Assembly (NCBI RefSeq): GCF_006345805.1
Contig: NC_043001.1
Coordinates: 129,022,001-129,086,000 of the forward strand
DNA: 64,000 nucleotides
Direction of reading: 5' to 3'
Source of the DNA: Octopus sinensis
Lineage: Eukaryota
In this document: in pieces, positions 1 through 12,614 of the stretch
How the letters are laid out: each line of letters starts with the position of its first letter
How positions within the stretch are numbered: the stretch's first letter is position 1
Notes under the pieces: model-generated
Seen by the model: only the letters and a program-made list of their open reading frames with translations
What the model was told of the DNA's origin: nothing
Database searches by the model: none
Made by a program: the position numbers and the translations under genes

Positions 1-307
1 TTTACAAAGTTCTATGTACATGAATAAATTCTAAACAATAACAAAATCCAAAGTTTAATCAATAAAAATTTCTCCAAAACACCTCTCCATAACAATCAAC
101 CGTAAAAATCTAAGTACAACTCCACTCAAACCCACACACCTGAGGAAAATGGCTTGGGTGACAGAAACTTTGAAGCCATTGTTAATTACATTCTTGTTTA
201 AAAATAATAAATTTATACTCTACAAAAGTATAGAGCAACCCATCAGATTAATAAAAAATTGCTTTTATTATAATTAGACATAAAAACAAACAGTAATATA
301 TATATAT

Positions 308-367
<60 letters not shown>

Positions 368-371
<4 letters not shown>

Positions 372-739
372 AATTATAAGCATAATTATAATTAGGGTTC
401 AGCAAAAATTGCTTCACCACATACTGAAATTTAGAATAGCTGTTAAATACTATTCCACTACCATAAGATATCTCCCAGACAGTAATACTCTCAACTCACA
501 CCGGTAAAGAGGAAAAAATAACAAATCCACCCGGCTTTGATTAACTCAGAACGTGTATATGGTTAATCAAAGCCGGGTGGATTTGTTATTTTTCCTCTTT
601 ACCTGTGTGAGTTGAGAGTATTACTGTCTGGGAGATATCTTATGGTAGTGAAATAGTATTTAACTGCTATTTCTAAATTTCGGTATGTGGTGAAGCAATT
701 TTTGCTGAACCCTAATTATAATTATGCTTACAATTATAG
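368..739. repeat. Long fold-back inverted repeat (~178-bp arms, 16-nt loop) next to a (TA)n tract
   Basis: 368-545 (ctataattataagcat...ggctttgattaac) is the near-perfect reverse complement of 562-739 (gttaatcaaagcc...atgcttacaattatag). A (TA)n tract at ~296-364 abuts it. Confidence 0.95.
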
Positions 740-861
740 AATTTTTGTATAAGGTTACCGATAATGGTTCTTTAAATATACCGAACTACTTATTAAAATT
801 ATTAATTTTACACTTTATTATTATAATAATTATTATTATTATTATAATTATTATTATATAT

Positions 862-1174
862 GTTAGTTAGTTATTTAGTTAGTTAATTTTTTGGCTCAAA
901 CAGCAAAAAGCAAGGCCATGTAGGGGGACATGGAGTTATGTACAGGGTGGTGTTCATGCAAAGAGTTCAGGCCATTTGTGGTCAAGGGAGACTTTGAACC
1001 GAGCGGTCGTCGGCATCTTCACTATCTTGTCCGGCAGCTTATTCCACGGATCCGCAACCCAGACAGAGAAAGCCCCTCTCCTTCGATTGAGATGAAATCG
1101 TCGCAGATAGAGCTTTTCGGAGTGACCCCGCAGCCGACGCTCTGGAGCAAGAGTGAAGAACAGCTCTTTCGAGG
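862..1174 (-). mobile_element. 5'-truncated CR1-type LINE, 3' end of ORF2 plus 3' UTR
   Basis: Minus frame RRLRGHSEKLYLRRFHLNRRRGAFSVWVADPWNKLPDKIVKMPTTARFKVSLD fits the CR1 C-terminal RGH..KL...FS.RV...WN.LP...FK..LD pattern. It ends in a (TAAC)n tail. Confidence 0.8.
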
Positions 1175-1354
1175 ATATATATATAATTTTGTATGTGTAA
1201 CATAACAATTTAGGAAAAAACCGCATTGGTTTCATATTATTAATATATATATATATATTAATTATTTTGGTGAAGTCAGACTCTTGCTGCTCAGCTCAAA
1301 TCAGTCTCTCACCTGTGGGTGCATGGGTGCACATGCTCTTCAAGCACATAATAA

Positions 1355-1402
1355 CTTGCCTGAGGAACCTATGCACCTACAGTTGAAACTCATAGTAGCA
1401 AG
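1355..1402 (+). ncRNA. Minimal type-I hammerhead ribozyme motif
   Basis: CTTGC-CTGAGGA-AC(ctatgcacctaca)GT-T-GAA-ACT(cat)AGT-A-GCAAG. Stem I is CTTGC/GCAAG, the CUGANGA and GAAA core is intact, and the cleavage triplet is GUA. Stem II is weak. Confidence 0.65.
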
Positions 1403-1618
1403 AGACTGACTGGATCAAAATTAAATATCATTTTTGTCTACAATGATATTGAGCACTCTTTTTTTCTGGCAGTCAACACTAAACAGATATATGTGTGCAT
1501 GTGCGTGCATGTGTATGTATATGTATGTATACTTTATGTATATAAATGTTGATATTCAATGCTTGTTACAGCTGGAACAAAACAATGATGATGTTGACAT
1601 TATGGCTGATTAACCTGT

Positions 1619-2250
1619 TTCTTTACTACCCACAAGGCGCTAAACACAGAGGGGACAAACAAGGACAGACAAACGGATTAAGTCGATTACATCGACGCCA
1701 GTGCATAACTGGTACTTAATTTATCAACCCCGAAAGGATGAAAGGCAAAGTCGACCTTGGCGGAATTTGAACTCAGAACGTAATGGCAGACGAAATACCT
1801 ATTTCTTTACTACCCACAAGGGGCTAAGCACAGAGAGGACAAACAAGGACAGACAAAGGGATTAAGTCGATTAGATCGACCCCAATGCTTGGTTGGTTGG
1901 TTGGCATCCTTTCTGTCTTGGGAGACAATGGAGTTGCGCATGAAGTAGTCTAGTCTGGCTTTTATATTTCATGTCCTGATACATTTCCTGCTGTGGCTGT
2001 GTAGTCCTATCCTGGACAAACACTCCCTCTGGCAGGTACCGCAACTGTAACGAAGACTGTTCCTGGCTGGTTGTAGTGCCATAGTCTCTTGTTTACGTCT
2101 CTTCCTTTCTTTCCATTTCTCCTCTCTCTCTCTGTCACTCCTTTGTATTCCCTCTTAAAGTCGACCTTGGCGGAATTTGAACTCAGAACGTAACGGCAGA
2201 CGAAATACGGCTATGTATTTTGCCCGGCGTGCTAATGATTCTGCCAGCTA
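1619..2250 (-). mobile_element. Dimeric tRNA-derived SINE (family B) with a 20-bp TSD, interrupted by an RTE fragment
   Basis: B-box-like GAGTTCAAATTCC and central CCTTTCATCCTTTCGGGGTYGATAAATTAAGTACCAG. The direct repeat attatggctgattaacctgt occurs at 1599 and 2251. Confidence 0.85.
1889..2156 (-). mobile_element. RTE-clade LINE 3' fragment
   Basis: Minus frame ...WKERKRRKQ...YSCGTCQRECLSRIGLHSHSRKCIRT* matches the RTE C-terminal C..C.R.C.SRIGL.SH motif. It ends in a (CCAA)n tail. Confidence 0.8.
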
Positions 2251-2654
2251 ATTATGGCTGATTAACCTGTGCTTTCAAAGACTTCCGGAATAAAAATATT
2301 CCTTATTCAGAAAACAAACAATGACTGATAACAGAAAGAGCATTCATCTGTAAATTCCTGCCTGAAATAACTCCTCATTTAACCCATGATAAGATGGGAA
2401 ACAAATGAACATCCAATGAACAAACGAACCAATGAAAATATGTGTGTGCATGTGTTTGAGTGTGTGCCCAACAAGGATCTTACAGTTTCCATCTAGCACT
2501 CCCATTCATGCTATCGTAGAAAATACCTGTCACAGTGCCATGCAAGGTAGGTGGAACAAACAAATGTGGTTGTGTGTGAAATCTATTCAGATTCCATCGG
2601 TGCTAACTTTACCTGTCGTCTTTCTGAGGTTTATCAAGTAAGTAACAGTCATAT

Positions 2655-3065
2655 ACTCTTTACTCTTTTACTTGTTTCAGTCATTTGACTGCGGCCATGC
2701 TGGAGCACCGCCTTTAGTCGAGCAAATCGAACCCCGGGACTTATTCTTTGTAAGCCCAGTACTTATTCTATCAGTCTCTTTTTGCCGAACTGCTAAGTGA
2801 TGGGGATGTAAACGCACCACCATCGGTTGTCAAGCAATGCTAGGGGGACAAACACAGACACACAAACACACATACATATATATATATGTATACATATATA
2901 CGATAGGCTTCTTTCAGTTTCCGTCTACCAAAACCACTCACAAGGCATTGGTTGGCCCAGGGCTATAGCAGAAGACACTTGCCCAAGATGTCACGCAGTG
3001 GGACTGAACCCAGAACCATGTGGTTGGTTAGCAAGCTACTTACCACACAGCCACTCCTGCGCCTA
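2655..3065 (-). mobile_element. tRNA-derived SINE family A, full length
   Basis: Head ggcgcaggagtggctgtgtggtaag...gggttcagtcccac (A/B boxes), internal (TA/TG)n and a (GTAAAAGA)n tail. More than 10 copies occur in the window. Confidence 0.9.
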
Positions 3066-3257
3066 TAATAGGGTCTAGTAAATTTCTTACATTACCCTCC
3101 TGTGTTTCATTTTTTAACCCTGTGTCGGCTCTTGATTAAGCATATCTATGATAAAAAAACATTCCAACCATGTCCTATCCAGTTTTTTTCTTATGTACAT
3201 GTAACTTAGGACCCTTGCCTGTTTTCCAAGTAAGGAATATTTTTTTTAACTCCAGAA

Positions 3258-3568
3258 GGCATAGGAGTGGCTGTGTGGTAAATAGCTTGCTTACGAACCA
3301 CACGATTCCGGGTTCAGTCCCACTGCATGACACCTTGGTCAAGTGTCTTCTACTATAGTCTTGGGCTGACCAAAGCCTTGTGTCAGGCAAAATGCTTAGC
3401 AGTATCTTGGTTGTCACTACATTCTGATTTCAAATTCTGCCGAGGCTGACTTGGCTTTCATCCTTTTGGGGTCGAGAAATTAAGTACCAGTGAAACACGG
3501 GAGGCAACATAATTAACTTAATCCCTCCCCCAAATTTCAGGCCTTGTGCCAATAGTAGAAAAGATTAT
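3258..3568 (+). mobile_element. Family A SINE head joined to a family B SINE body
   Basis: 3258-3382 matches the family A head and 3384-3568 matches the family B body and tail. Confidence 0.7.
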
Positions 3569-3844
3569 TGTTATTATCATCAGGGTGTTGCATTATTTTA
3601 TTTAGAATTCTTTAGTTTTCATTTTTGTGCAGTTATTGGAGGTTAATTAAATTGACTTGACTCCTTCCAAATTTATCAACTTGTACCAAAGATAGAAATA
3701 ATTATGATAATTATTATTATTACCACTGCCTTCATGTTGCTGAAAACTAAGTCTTTGAATTTCTTTGTGCCACAACCCAGGCTATACCATCTATTAATTT
3801 CCCTCCTAGGTCTTCTACTAACTGCTGTTATTCCATCCTTCATT

Positions 3845-4272
3845 ACTCTTTTTACTCTTTTACTCTTTTACTTGTTTCAGTCATTTGACTGCGGCCATGC
3901 TGGAGCACCGCCTTTAATCGAGCAACTCGACCCCGGGACTTATTCTTTTTGTAAGTTCAGTACTTATTTTATCGGTCTCTTTTGCCGAACCGCTAAGTAA
4001 CGGGGACATAAACACACCAGCATCGGTTGTCAAGCAATGCTAGGGGGACAAACACAGATACACAAACACACACACGCATATATATATAGATATATATATA
4101 CATATATACGATGGGCTTCTTTCAGTTTCCATCTGCCAAACCCACTCACAAGGCTTTGGTCGGCCCGAGGCTATAGTAGAAGACACTTGGCCAAGGTGCC
4201 ACACAGTGGGACTGAACCCGGAACCATGTGGTTGGTAAACAAGCTACTTACCACACAGCCACTCCTGCACCT
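3845..4272 (-). mobile_element. SINE family A, full length
   Basis: Colinear and highly similar to 2655-3065. Confidence 0.9.
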
Positions 4273-4544
4273 ATTGGGTAAAATTTATTTTCTAAAATTT
4301 TTATTTTCATGAAAAAAAAATTTTGTTTTTAAATTTGAGAATGGGGCAAAAAAAAAAAATGAAAGAGAGACAAAGATATTGCAAGTGAGATATGTCAACC
4401 TTCTCTATCGTCTGCAAAGAGCTTACTTCTAATGATACACAGTAAAAGGAATGCATCAAAGGCCTCAACGTTGCTTGTTAGCCTCTAGTGAGAATTGGTA
4501 TTTAACAGCAATCTAAACAATTAGGGACGTGGACATCTTCAAAC

Positions 4545-4588
<44 letters not shown>

Positions 4589-4600
4589 GTAATAATAAAT

Positions 4601-5154
4601 GCCCTGATGCAGTACCAGGCAGTGGCTCTCATGGCTTCTGATCTTAACTGATTGGAAGTGTTATCATGTACATTGTTTTGTCTTGGTATAAAAGATGGGC
4701 TACAGCAAATATTCTGCTCAATACCACAGATTTGCTTGTCAGTTGTTTGACCTTAACCAGTTGAGCATGTCCCTTCGTGGCTGACAATATGTGCATCTCT
4801 GATCATGAGCAGAAGTAGTGGGGGAGCATCATAGCCATGTGTTGAGAGGGATTCTTTGGGGTTTGAATAGTTCACCTCTGGAAACATGGGTGGTTCTTTC
4901 AACATCCTTAAACAACCTATATTTAGGGACCGTTTGAGCGGGATGGGCTACTCAATCTGAAGAAAATTCTAACTGGGCCCCACCTGCAAGGTCATGTGCT
5001 GTTTATCTTGATATGAGATCACCATGTCGCGCACATATGGTTGTGATGCATGTGCCTGGTGTACCTTTATCAGACGGGTAGTCATGATGGGTATATTGGG
5101 CTTCGTATATTTTACCCCAGTGTCACTTTGATGGCATGCACTGCTCTCTCACTC
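4601..5154 (+). mobile_element. ~555-bp non-coding element inserted in (AAT)n, apparently full length
   Basis: Runs gccctgatgcagtacc...ctctctcactc and is flanked on both sides by (AAT)n. Four more copies are present. Confidence 0.85.
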
Positions 5155-5408
5155 AATAATAGTAATAATAATAATAATAATAATAATAGTAATAATAATA
5201 ATAATGATAATAGTAATAATAGTAATACTTTTAAAATATCACAATAATAATTGTTATATATATATAAAATTTTGGTATTGTGCTATAATTTTCATTTTTT
5301 TTAAAACACTTCACATAAACCTTTAAAATTAAAAACTGAAAAATTAACCAATATTTAAGAAAGTTTTTGTTTTATTTTTTTATCTTCTTCTTTAATTGTA
5401 TATGTATG

Positions 5409-5446
<38 letters not shown>

Positions 5447-5770
5447 TATGCATTTTTGTTTTTAGTTAATGAAACACATGGAAATTATATCAATTTCATT
5501 GGGGCTCTTTAAGATCAAATGAATTGCTTAATAGCTTTAAGTGGATGTTCTGGCCTTTGTTAGTTTTGTGTGTGTGTTTGAGAATGTGTGTGCAAATGTG
5601 GATTGTATATTTTATGACTGTTTTGTTATGTCTGTCTCTTTTACATATGTATATGCATACACAAACACACACATACACACACACATATACATACATAACA
5701 CATACACATATAGATAGTTATTTGTATAGAATGCATGAATATATACAAATATATATAAATATACATATAT

Positions 5771-5821
<51 letters not shown>

Positions 5822-6169
5822 CATATATACAAAGGCATACAAGAACACAAGCATATTGCAAAGATAAATTCAACTAAATCACCAACCAACCAACCAACCA
5901 ACACAGTCACTACCACAATACCATTACTATGACCATCATCACCAACATGACCACCACCACCACCACCACCACCACCACTATCATCATCATCACAACCACT
6001 AATGTTGCTGCTTCTACCTCCACCCCACCGCCACCACCACCACCACTGCCACCATGACTGCTACCACCACCAAATCAACAACTATAATGACCACAGTCAT
6101 ATAATACATTTACTGGTTATGAGCTTAGTGATACTTGTATCAGTAGTTTATATCTTCAGCCAAGCTCCA

Positions 6170-6201
6170 CCTTTATATATATATACATATATATAAAACC
6201 T

Positions 6202-6268
<67 letters not shown>

Positions 6269-6310
6269 ATATGTATATATATATATAAAACCTTATATGT
6301 ATATGTATAT

Positions 6311-6349
<39 letters not shown>

Positions 6350-6422
6350 ATATGTATATATATATATTATAACCTTATATGTATATATATATATATAAAA
6401 CCTTATATGTATATGTATATAT

Positions 6423-6462
<40 letters not shown>

Positions 6463-6606
6463 ACCTTATATGTATATATATATATAAAACCTTATATGTA
6501 TATGTATATATATATATATAATATATATATATATATATTATATATATAACCTTATATGTATATATATATATATAACCTTATATGTATATATATATATATA
6601 AAACCT

Positions 6607-6651
<45 letters not shown>

Positions 6652-6705
6652 CCTTATATGTATATATATTATATATATATATATAAAACCTTATATGTAT
6701 ATGTG
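6170..6705. repeat. Compound minisatellite AACCTTATATGTATAT(GT)(AT)n
   Basis: The marker ccttatatgtatat recurs more than 10 times, separated by variable (AT)n. Confidence 0.9.
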
Positions 6706-7896
6706 TATATATATATGATATTTTTCACCCCCCAAAGCACACATTTGTTATTTGATAGGTTTCTTCCTTCTATTGTTTTGGTTTTTGTCATTAAGCTTTT
6801 TTTCTAGCGTCAAACTAATTTTCCAGCTACCATAAAATACAAGCATTGCAACAAATGAAAAACAAAAAAAGAAACAATAACAAAAGTTATTGCTTCAACA
6901 TATAAACATGGCCCATCACCATGAGTGTTTGTTGTTTTTTTTAAATTTTTTGTAAATTTTTCAAAAATATAAATACAAAAAAATTTAAAATAACAAATGC
7001 TAAAATAGAAAAAAAAACAGAAAAATGAAAAATGGCAAAATGTAAATGTTTCTTTATGACTTTCGCTGTTAATTGACAGGTTTTTGTGGTGATGTGTTTT
7101 CTTGTTTTATGTTGTTGTTATTATTATTATTATTTTTGTTGTAGTTGTTGCTATAAATTGTTTTTGTTATTAAGAGTGCATAATAATAAGAGCAGAATTG
7201 GTAGAGTGATTGACAAAATATTTTGTGGTATTTAGTTATGTCCATTTATGTTCTGAGTTCAAAACTTGTTTTGGGTTGACTATGCCTTTTCAACTCTCCA
7301 GGTGTGGTAAAAATAAAGTACCAGTCAGGTTTTGGGGATGGTTTAATTGACTAATACCACCCACCTGCCATCCAATTTCAGGTCAAGCTCTTATGTTTTA
7401 AACAGCTGTCCTGTGCCTATGTTAAAAACAGTTTCTATTTTCGCAATTGTTATTATTTTATATTATTAAAGTGCAGCCAAAGCAGTGGGCTGGCAGAAAT
7501 GCTTAGTAGTATTTTGCTCGTCATTCTGTTCTGAGTTCAAATTCTGCCAAGGTCGACTTTGCCTTTCACCCTTTCGAGGTTGACAAATTAAGTACCAGTG
7601 AGCTAGTTTTCACCACATTTCTTAAAAATCATGTCAGAGGCCTTGGTCTCAGGACCACTCATGTCTAGAAACTGAGACTGGGGGTAAGCAAGGGCATGCT
7701 CCCCATAGAAAATCAAGCTTCACAAAAGCCTCATGATAGCAAAGGAGAATGGGTACCAGCCAGCCCAAAGGTTGGGCTGGGCTGCACCTGCCTACCTCGG
7801 TTGCTATGGCATTGAGGTAGATCCGGCCACTCCTGGTAACAGGGACAAAATCTAGATTTAAAACACTGGATTATTATTATTATTATTATTATTATT

Positions 7897-8363
7897 GAGT
7901 GAGAGAGCAGTGCATGCCATCAAAGTGACACTGGGGTAAAATATACGAAGCCCAGTATACCTATCATGACTACCCATCTGATAAGGGTACACCAGGTACA
8001 TGCATCACAACCATATGTGCACAACATGGTGATCTCATATCAAGATAAACAGCGCATGACCTTGCAGGTGGGGCCCAGCTAGAATTTTCTACTGGTCGAG
8101 TAGCCCATCCCACTCAAAAGGTCCCTGAATAAGGATTGTTTAAGGATGTTGAATGAAACAACCATGTTTCCAAAGGTGAACTATCCAAACCTTCATGAAT
8201 CCCTTTCAACACACAGCTATGATGCTCCCCCACTACTTCTGCTTGTGATCAGAGATGCACATATCGTCAGCCACTAAGGGACATGCTCAACTGGTTACGG
8301 TCAGACAACTGACAAGCAAATCTGTGGTATTGAGCAGAATATTTGCTGTGGCCCATCTTTTAT
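7897..8363 (-). mobile_element. (AAT)n-targeted element, 5'-truncated copy
   Basis: Reverse complement of most of 4601-5154, with the 3' end abutting (ATT)n. Confidence 0.85.
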
Positions 8364-8681
8364 GAACACTACCTTTTGAATTTCTGCCATTTTTGGGTTT
8401 CCTGGTATCTGAGTTAGGTAGCAATCAGCCCCTTTTGCTATCATTCATTTGCTATTATTATTATTATTATTATTGTCATCATTGTTATTGTTATTATTAT
8501 TATTATCATTATCACTTTTAAGGTGATGAACTGGCAGAATCATTAGCATGCCAAGCAAAATGTATAGTTCTGTCAAGATCAGCTTAGCTTTTCATTCTTT
8601 CAGACTTGATAAAATAAGTTCTAGTCGAGCACTAGGTCAAAATTTCAGGCCTTGTGCCTATAGTAGAAATTACTGTTATTA

Positions 8682-8761
<80 letters not shown>

Positions 8762-8767
<6 letters not shown>

Positions 8768-9124
8768 TCCACCTTAGTGAAGGCAGAGGTATTGTTTCCA
8801 GTCATGTTTGTTTGTTTGTCTGTGGACAAGATATCTCAAGAACTGCTGAATTTGGCTGAAACTTTCAGGGATGTTTGGCCTCGTGACTGGCACAGACTGA
8901 TTTGATTTGGGGATCAATCAGTTACCAGACAAGGATTCTGGATTATTTTTCCTATTTTTTTTATACTTAATTTTTGAGAGCAGTCAGGTTCATTTTTAGT
9001 ATTCTCATTTGTATGAGCAATCGAGTTTATTTTAGATATTCTCATTTTAAAAATCATCTCTGGCTAATCATTGAGAGGATGTTGGTGTTGCCTTGGCAGA
9101 TGTTTGCACCCTGTGAGTGTTCTT
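8762..9124 (+). mobile_element. HINE/DINE-1-like non-autonomous Helentron-associated element
   Basis: Starts ttacctccacc...ggcagagg, has a (GTTT)n/GTCT core and gaaacttt, and ends ttggcagatgtttgcaccctgtgagtgttct (subterminal IR plus 3' hairpin). Confidence 0.6.
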
Positions 9125-9142
9125 CATCCTCTTATTATTATC

Positions 9143-10215
9143 AAGGCAGCAAGCTGGCAGAATTGTTAGTATGCCGGGTGAAAAGCTTAGCAGTATTTCA
9201 TCCATCACTATGTTCTGAGTTCAAATTCCACCAAGTCTGACTTTGCCTTTCATCCTTTTGAGGTTGATAAATTAAGAACCAGTCAAGTACTGGGGTGGAT
9301 GTAATTGACCACTCCCCATCTCCAAAGTTACTGCCCTTGTGGCAAAATTTGAAGCCATTATTATTATTATTATTATTATTATTTATTCATAGTAGAAACT
9401 ATTATTGTTATTATTATTTTTATTATTATCATTTTTAAGATGGTGAGCTGACAGAATCATTATCACATAAGACAAAATGTTAGCAACTTTTCTTCCAACT
9501 ATTTACATTCTGAGGTAATTGGTTCATTCTCACCCCAGAAATTGTTGGCCTTGTGCTAACATTTGAAATTTGAAATCCTCCTCCTCCTCCTCCTCCTCCT
9601 CCTCCTCCTCACCACCATCCCACCCACCCCACCCCGCCCCACCACCACCACCATCATCATCACTACCACCACCACCACCACCATCATCATCATTCTTTAA
9701 GATGGCAAGCGAGCTGGCTGAACCATCAGCATGCCGGGCAAAATGCTTAGCGACATTTCCTCCGTCTTTACGTTCTGAGTTCAAATTCTGCTGGTGTCGA
9801 CTTTGCCTTTCATCCTTTTGGGGTTGATAAAATATGTCCCAGTTGAATACTGGGGTCGATGTTATTGACTTATCCCCTTCCCTGAACTTACTGGTTTTGT
9901 GCTAAAATTTTAAACCATTATTATTTTTTATATCAAGGATGGTGGACTGGCAGACTGATTGAAGTACCAGACGAAATGCCTTGTGGCATTGCTTTTATTG
10001 CTTTACATTCAGAGACCACTAAGGTCAACTTTGCTCTTCCCATTGAGGTCAACTTTGCTCTTCCCACTGAGGTCAACTTTGCTCTTCCCACTGAGATCAA
10101 CTTTGCTCTTCCATCAGGGTTGATAAAATTAAGAAGCAGTCAAGTACTGGGGTCACTGGAATTGTCTAAACTTCTACCTCAAAACTGCTGGAGTTGTGCA
10201 TAAATTAGAAGCTGC
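9143..10215 (+). mobile_element. Cluster of degenerate family B SINEs (9143-9357, 9440-9572, 9700-9918, 9940-10215)
   Basis: Repeated gctggcagaa...gagttcaaatt...ctttcatcctttt...agtactgggg...ccttgtg motifs. Confidence 0.75.
10021..10112 (+). repeat. 24-bp x 4 tandem expansion inside a SINE
   Basis: The unit gaggtcaactttgctcttcccact is repeated four times. Confidence 0.9.
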
Positions 10216-11153
10216 TACTGCTGCCACTGCCGCCACCACCACCACCACCACCACCACTGCCGTCGCTATCACCACCACCGTTACTTTAAAACTAAACTAG
10301 TTGTGAATAATTTGAAGAGGGCACTTTGGCAAAAATAGTCATCTTCTACGTTCTCTGTCCTCTCCACCAGCTTAAAGCCATTATATCCTGTAAAGAAACA
10401 TCCATCTTCTTCCAGGTATTTAAATTTTCATGGTATGTCACATGCTTTTTTCTTTCTGCTTCTTCTTCTTCTTCTTCTTCTGCTTCTGCATGCGTGTCTT
10501 CTCCTCTTCATAATATTCTATCTCTCTCTAAACACATATATATGTATACACACACACACACACACAAACATAAATACACATATATCTGTTGGATGAAACC
10601 TCTACAATAAATCTGAGGTACCTTACTCAGTTACTCATACCATCTTCATCTCTGTCTATCTGTGTCTATCTCTCCTCCTCTTCCTCCTCCTCCTCCTCCC
10701 CTCCCCTCCCTCTCTCTCTTTCTCTTTGTCATTACATTCATCTTCATATTCTTTCTCCCACACACATAAACTCTCTCTTTTTCCCCACCATTACACTTCA
10801 GTTTTCCTATTCTCTTTCTCCAAACTATCTTACTATCTTCTATTGCAACACTGTCAAGCTCAAATCTCACTCACACTCTTCCTCTCAAAGCCCCCCTCCC
10901 TCCACCTTTCCTCCCTCCCCTCCTCTCCTCGTCTCTTTGTTTAACACTTACAGTGTCTTTATTTCCTTATTTCTGCCTTTTTTTCCTTTCTACCCAACTG
11001 TTAATTTATCAGGGTTTTTTTTTTTTTTCCGCACACATATTACTCTCTTACAATCTTTCTTCCTTGGTCTCTCTTGGTTTCATTCCTTTACACTAATTCT
11101 GAACCACATGCATACACCTATACATGAAAATACACCCTCACACACAAACATGT

Positions 11154-11197
<44 letters not shown>

Positions 11198-11253
11198 ACT
11201 GACAAATCTACTCTATCACCCCTATCTGTTTGTCTGTCTGCCAGTCACTCAGG

Positions 11254-11319
<66 letters not shown>

Positions 11320-11352
11320 GTCTATCTGTCTGTCTGTCTATCTGTCTGTCTA

Positions 11353-11403
<51 letters not shown>

Positions 11404-11404
11404 C
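11254..11404. repeat. (TCTA)n/(TCTG)n microsatellite
   Basis: Direct reading of the sequence. Confidence 0.95.
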
Positions 11405-12577
11405 ACCTAAATCTATTTCCCTCTCTCATCGTATCTATATCTTTCCCTCTCTCATCGTATCTATATCTTTCCCTCTCTTACTATCCTCAATCACTTTTCT
11501 ATATCTCTCACCACTACTCGCACCTTTCTATCTATTTCTCTCGGTTCTCTTATTTACAAGACAAAATACATCATTTGACAAGATGAAAAACAAAAAAAAA
11601 CAACAAAAAAACAAACAAAAAACCCCCCAGAAAAAATGATAAAAAAATAAAAAAGGTAATGGAGGATGCAATAAATATAAATTTAAAAAAGAATAATTTT
11701 TTAAAATTTAATTTTTACTACTTTTTTAAATTCGTTCTTTCTGTCTCTCTTTCTTCATTTCCACCTTCTTTTCCCAACCCATTTTTTTTCCCTCTCTACT
11801 CTGGCTTCAGGTATGCTATTACAGAGTGGCAGTTCCCCTGATTTTTACCGAAGACAAACTGTCATTGCTGAGTCAAACTATTACTACAAAATACTGTTTT
11901 CATAGAACAACAACAACAACAACAACAACAACAACGACAACAATAATAATAATAGTTACTCTTATATTAGTAGAAATTACCATTATCATAAGATAATCAT
12001 GATTATTATAATATTACAGTTTATATGTTGGTACACATGCGTCTCCCAAGTGTCGTAGGAAGCGATTAAGAGGGCTGACTACAGGAAAAGTATCAGGCCA
12101 TAAAATGCTGCATCAGAAAACCGTCCAACCCATACCAGCAGAGAAAAGTGGACATAAAACGATGATGATTGTGATTGTGGTTGTGGGTGGCGCCACATCC
12201 AAGCCACTGGGTCCCATGTCCTCACTATATGTATGTATATGTGGAAGCATGGAAAACTGGATATTATGGTTATGATTGTAATCTCACACCCACATACATG
12301 CACACACAGTTATAAATGTAATATTATTATTTATAAAAAGGATTACATTCCAAGTTGTACCCCGCTGGAGCACTTGTGAAACTACCAGGTTTCACCCGTA
12401 TGAATATAGATGTTTTATCTTTTAGGAGAAAACTATCTATACAAGTTGAAATTCTTGACCAAGTATACCAGTCGCAGAGTATGGATGTATCAAAACAAAG
12501 ACTTTTGTGGTATTATTTAAAATTTAATGCCATAAATTCCAGTCTTTGTTTATATATAATAAATAGTAAATAATATA

Positions 12578-12609
<32 letters not shown>

Positions 12610-12614
<5 letters not shown>

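Noticed and set aside
136-185. Hammerhead candidate CTGAGGA...GAAAC
   Set aside because: No stem I partner for cacac and no UH triplet in register. The aatggctt/aagccatt hairpin is not followed by GAAA.
4601-4720. HDV-like ribozyme at the 5' end of the (AAT)n element
   Set aside because: No P1 complement to GCCCTGA was found nearby, so the nested pseudoknot could not be built.
10300-10400. Possible minus-strand coding exon (YNGFKLVERTENVEDDYFCQ) after tttctttacag
   Set aside because: Short, with no recognisable homology or partner exon.
11809-11905. Possible plus-strand exon after a polypyrimidine tract and cag
   Set aside because: Only ~30 codons with no recognisable product, so it cannot be supported without RNA data.
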